The notes under the pieces were generated by a model. The model saw nothing but the letters and a program-made list of their open reading frames with translations, was not told the origin of the DNA and made no database searches. 64,000 bases of DNA, taken from NCBI GenBank assembly GCA_965208835.1, contig OZ242358.1, positions 3,424,001-3,488,000 on the forward strand. Direction: 5' to 3'. Of the stretch, positions 63,507-64,000 are shown one piece after another (position 1 is the first letter of the stretch; the number at the start of each line of letters is the position of its first letter). The translations under genes and the position numbers were made by a program. The stretch is from Candidatus Latescibacterota bacterium. GTDB lineage: Bacteria; Latescibacterota; UBA2968; GCA-2709665.

Positions 63507-64000
63507 TTACGGATTCGGGTCCCCTCCATCGGTGTCGACACCGCCCGCTTCCGATAACCCCGCTCGCCCGTCGGGGCCCTTCAACCTCCCGGAGGCGTCT
63601 CCGGCGCCTTCACCGGTCAAGCCCGCCGCGGCCTCCGGGCGGATCATCGCCTGCAGCAGCTCGCCCTGTGTTGACGCGGCGGCCGCCTTGTCTTCCAGCA
63701 ACTCATCCAATTCCCTGACCTTTGGCAGATCCGACAGTGTCTTCAGACCGAAGTGCTTCAGGAAGTCCCGGGTCGTCCCATACAGCAACGGCCGTCCCGG
63801 CGCATCCGATCGGCCTGCGATGCGGATCAATCCCTTCTCGAGCAGATGACGCACAACCCCGTCGACCGAAACTCCGCGAATGTGCTCCACCTCGACCTTC
63901 ATGACCGGCTGCTTGAACACGATGATGGCGAGCGTTTCCAGGGCGGCCGACGAAAGGCGGACAGGCGCTTTATCTTTCAGGAGCCGCCGGACCCATACGC
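63507..64000 (-). CDS. scpB: SMC-Scp complex subunit ScpB, 5' end outside the window
   Basis: LSSAALETLAIIVFKQP, IRGV, PGRPLLYGTTRDFLKHFGL..LSDLP. Confidence 0.92.
   Translation of the reverse strand, partial: VWVRRLLKDKAPVRLSSAALETLAIIVFKQPVMKVEVEHIRGVSVDGVVRHLLEKGLIRIAGRSDAPGRPLLYGTTRDFLKHFGLKTLSDLPKVRELDELLEDKAAAASTQGELLQAMIRPEAAAGLTGEGAGDASGRLKGPDGRAGLSEAGGVDTDGGDPNP

Overview
A GC-rich bacterial chromosomal window, mostly housekeeping and catabolic genes. The gene style (cmk-plsC-rpsA, many Gfo/Idh/MocA, SDR, amidohydrolase and UxuA-like enzymes) suggests an uncultured FCB-related lineage such as Latescibacterota/Gemmatimonadota; this is inference only. Core genes: yggS-yggT-divIVA-mtnP, ferritin, a sigma-70 factor, gcvPA/gcvPB, lepB, relA/spoT, mutS, mtaB, rpsA, plsC, cmk, scpB. 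An accessory defence island (~33.4-41.6 kb, visibly more AT-rich from ~34.8 kb) encodes, on one strand, a GmrSD-like type IV nuclease, a 41-aa ORF, an MmeI-like type IIL/IIG restriction-modification fusion, a trypsin-like serine protease, an orphan HigA and a GNAT. Notable non-coding structure: (i) two copies of a ~187-bp MITE whose ~38-bp core is inverted relative to the arms between copies, with one copy in frame at the 5' end of a TPR/SPOR gene; (ii) a second ~130-bp dispersed hairpin repeat with heptamer arms; (iii) a tandem triplication of an SDR gene with variable loops; (iv) two toxin-deleted toxin-antitoxin loci. No rRNA, tRNA or CRISPR array was recognised. All calls come from reading motifs by eye; no database searches were run.
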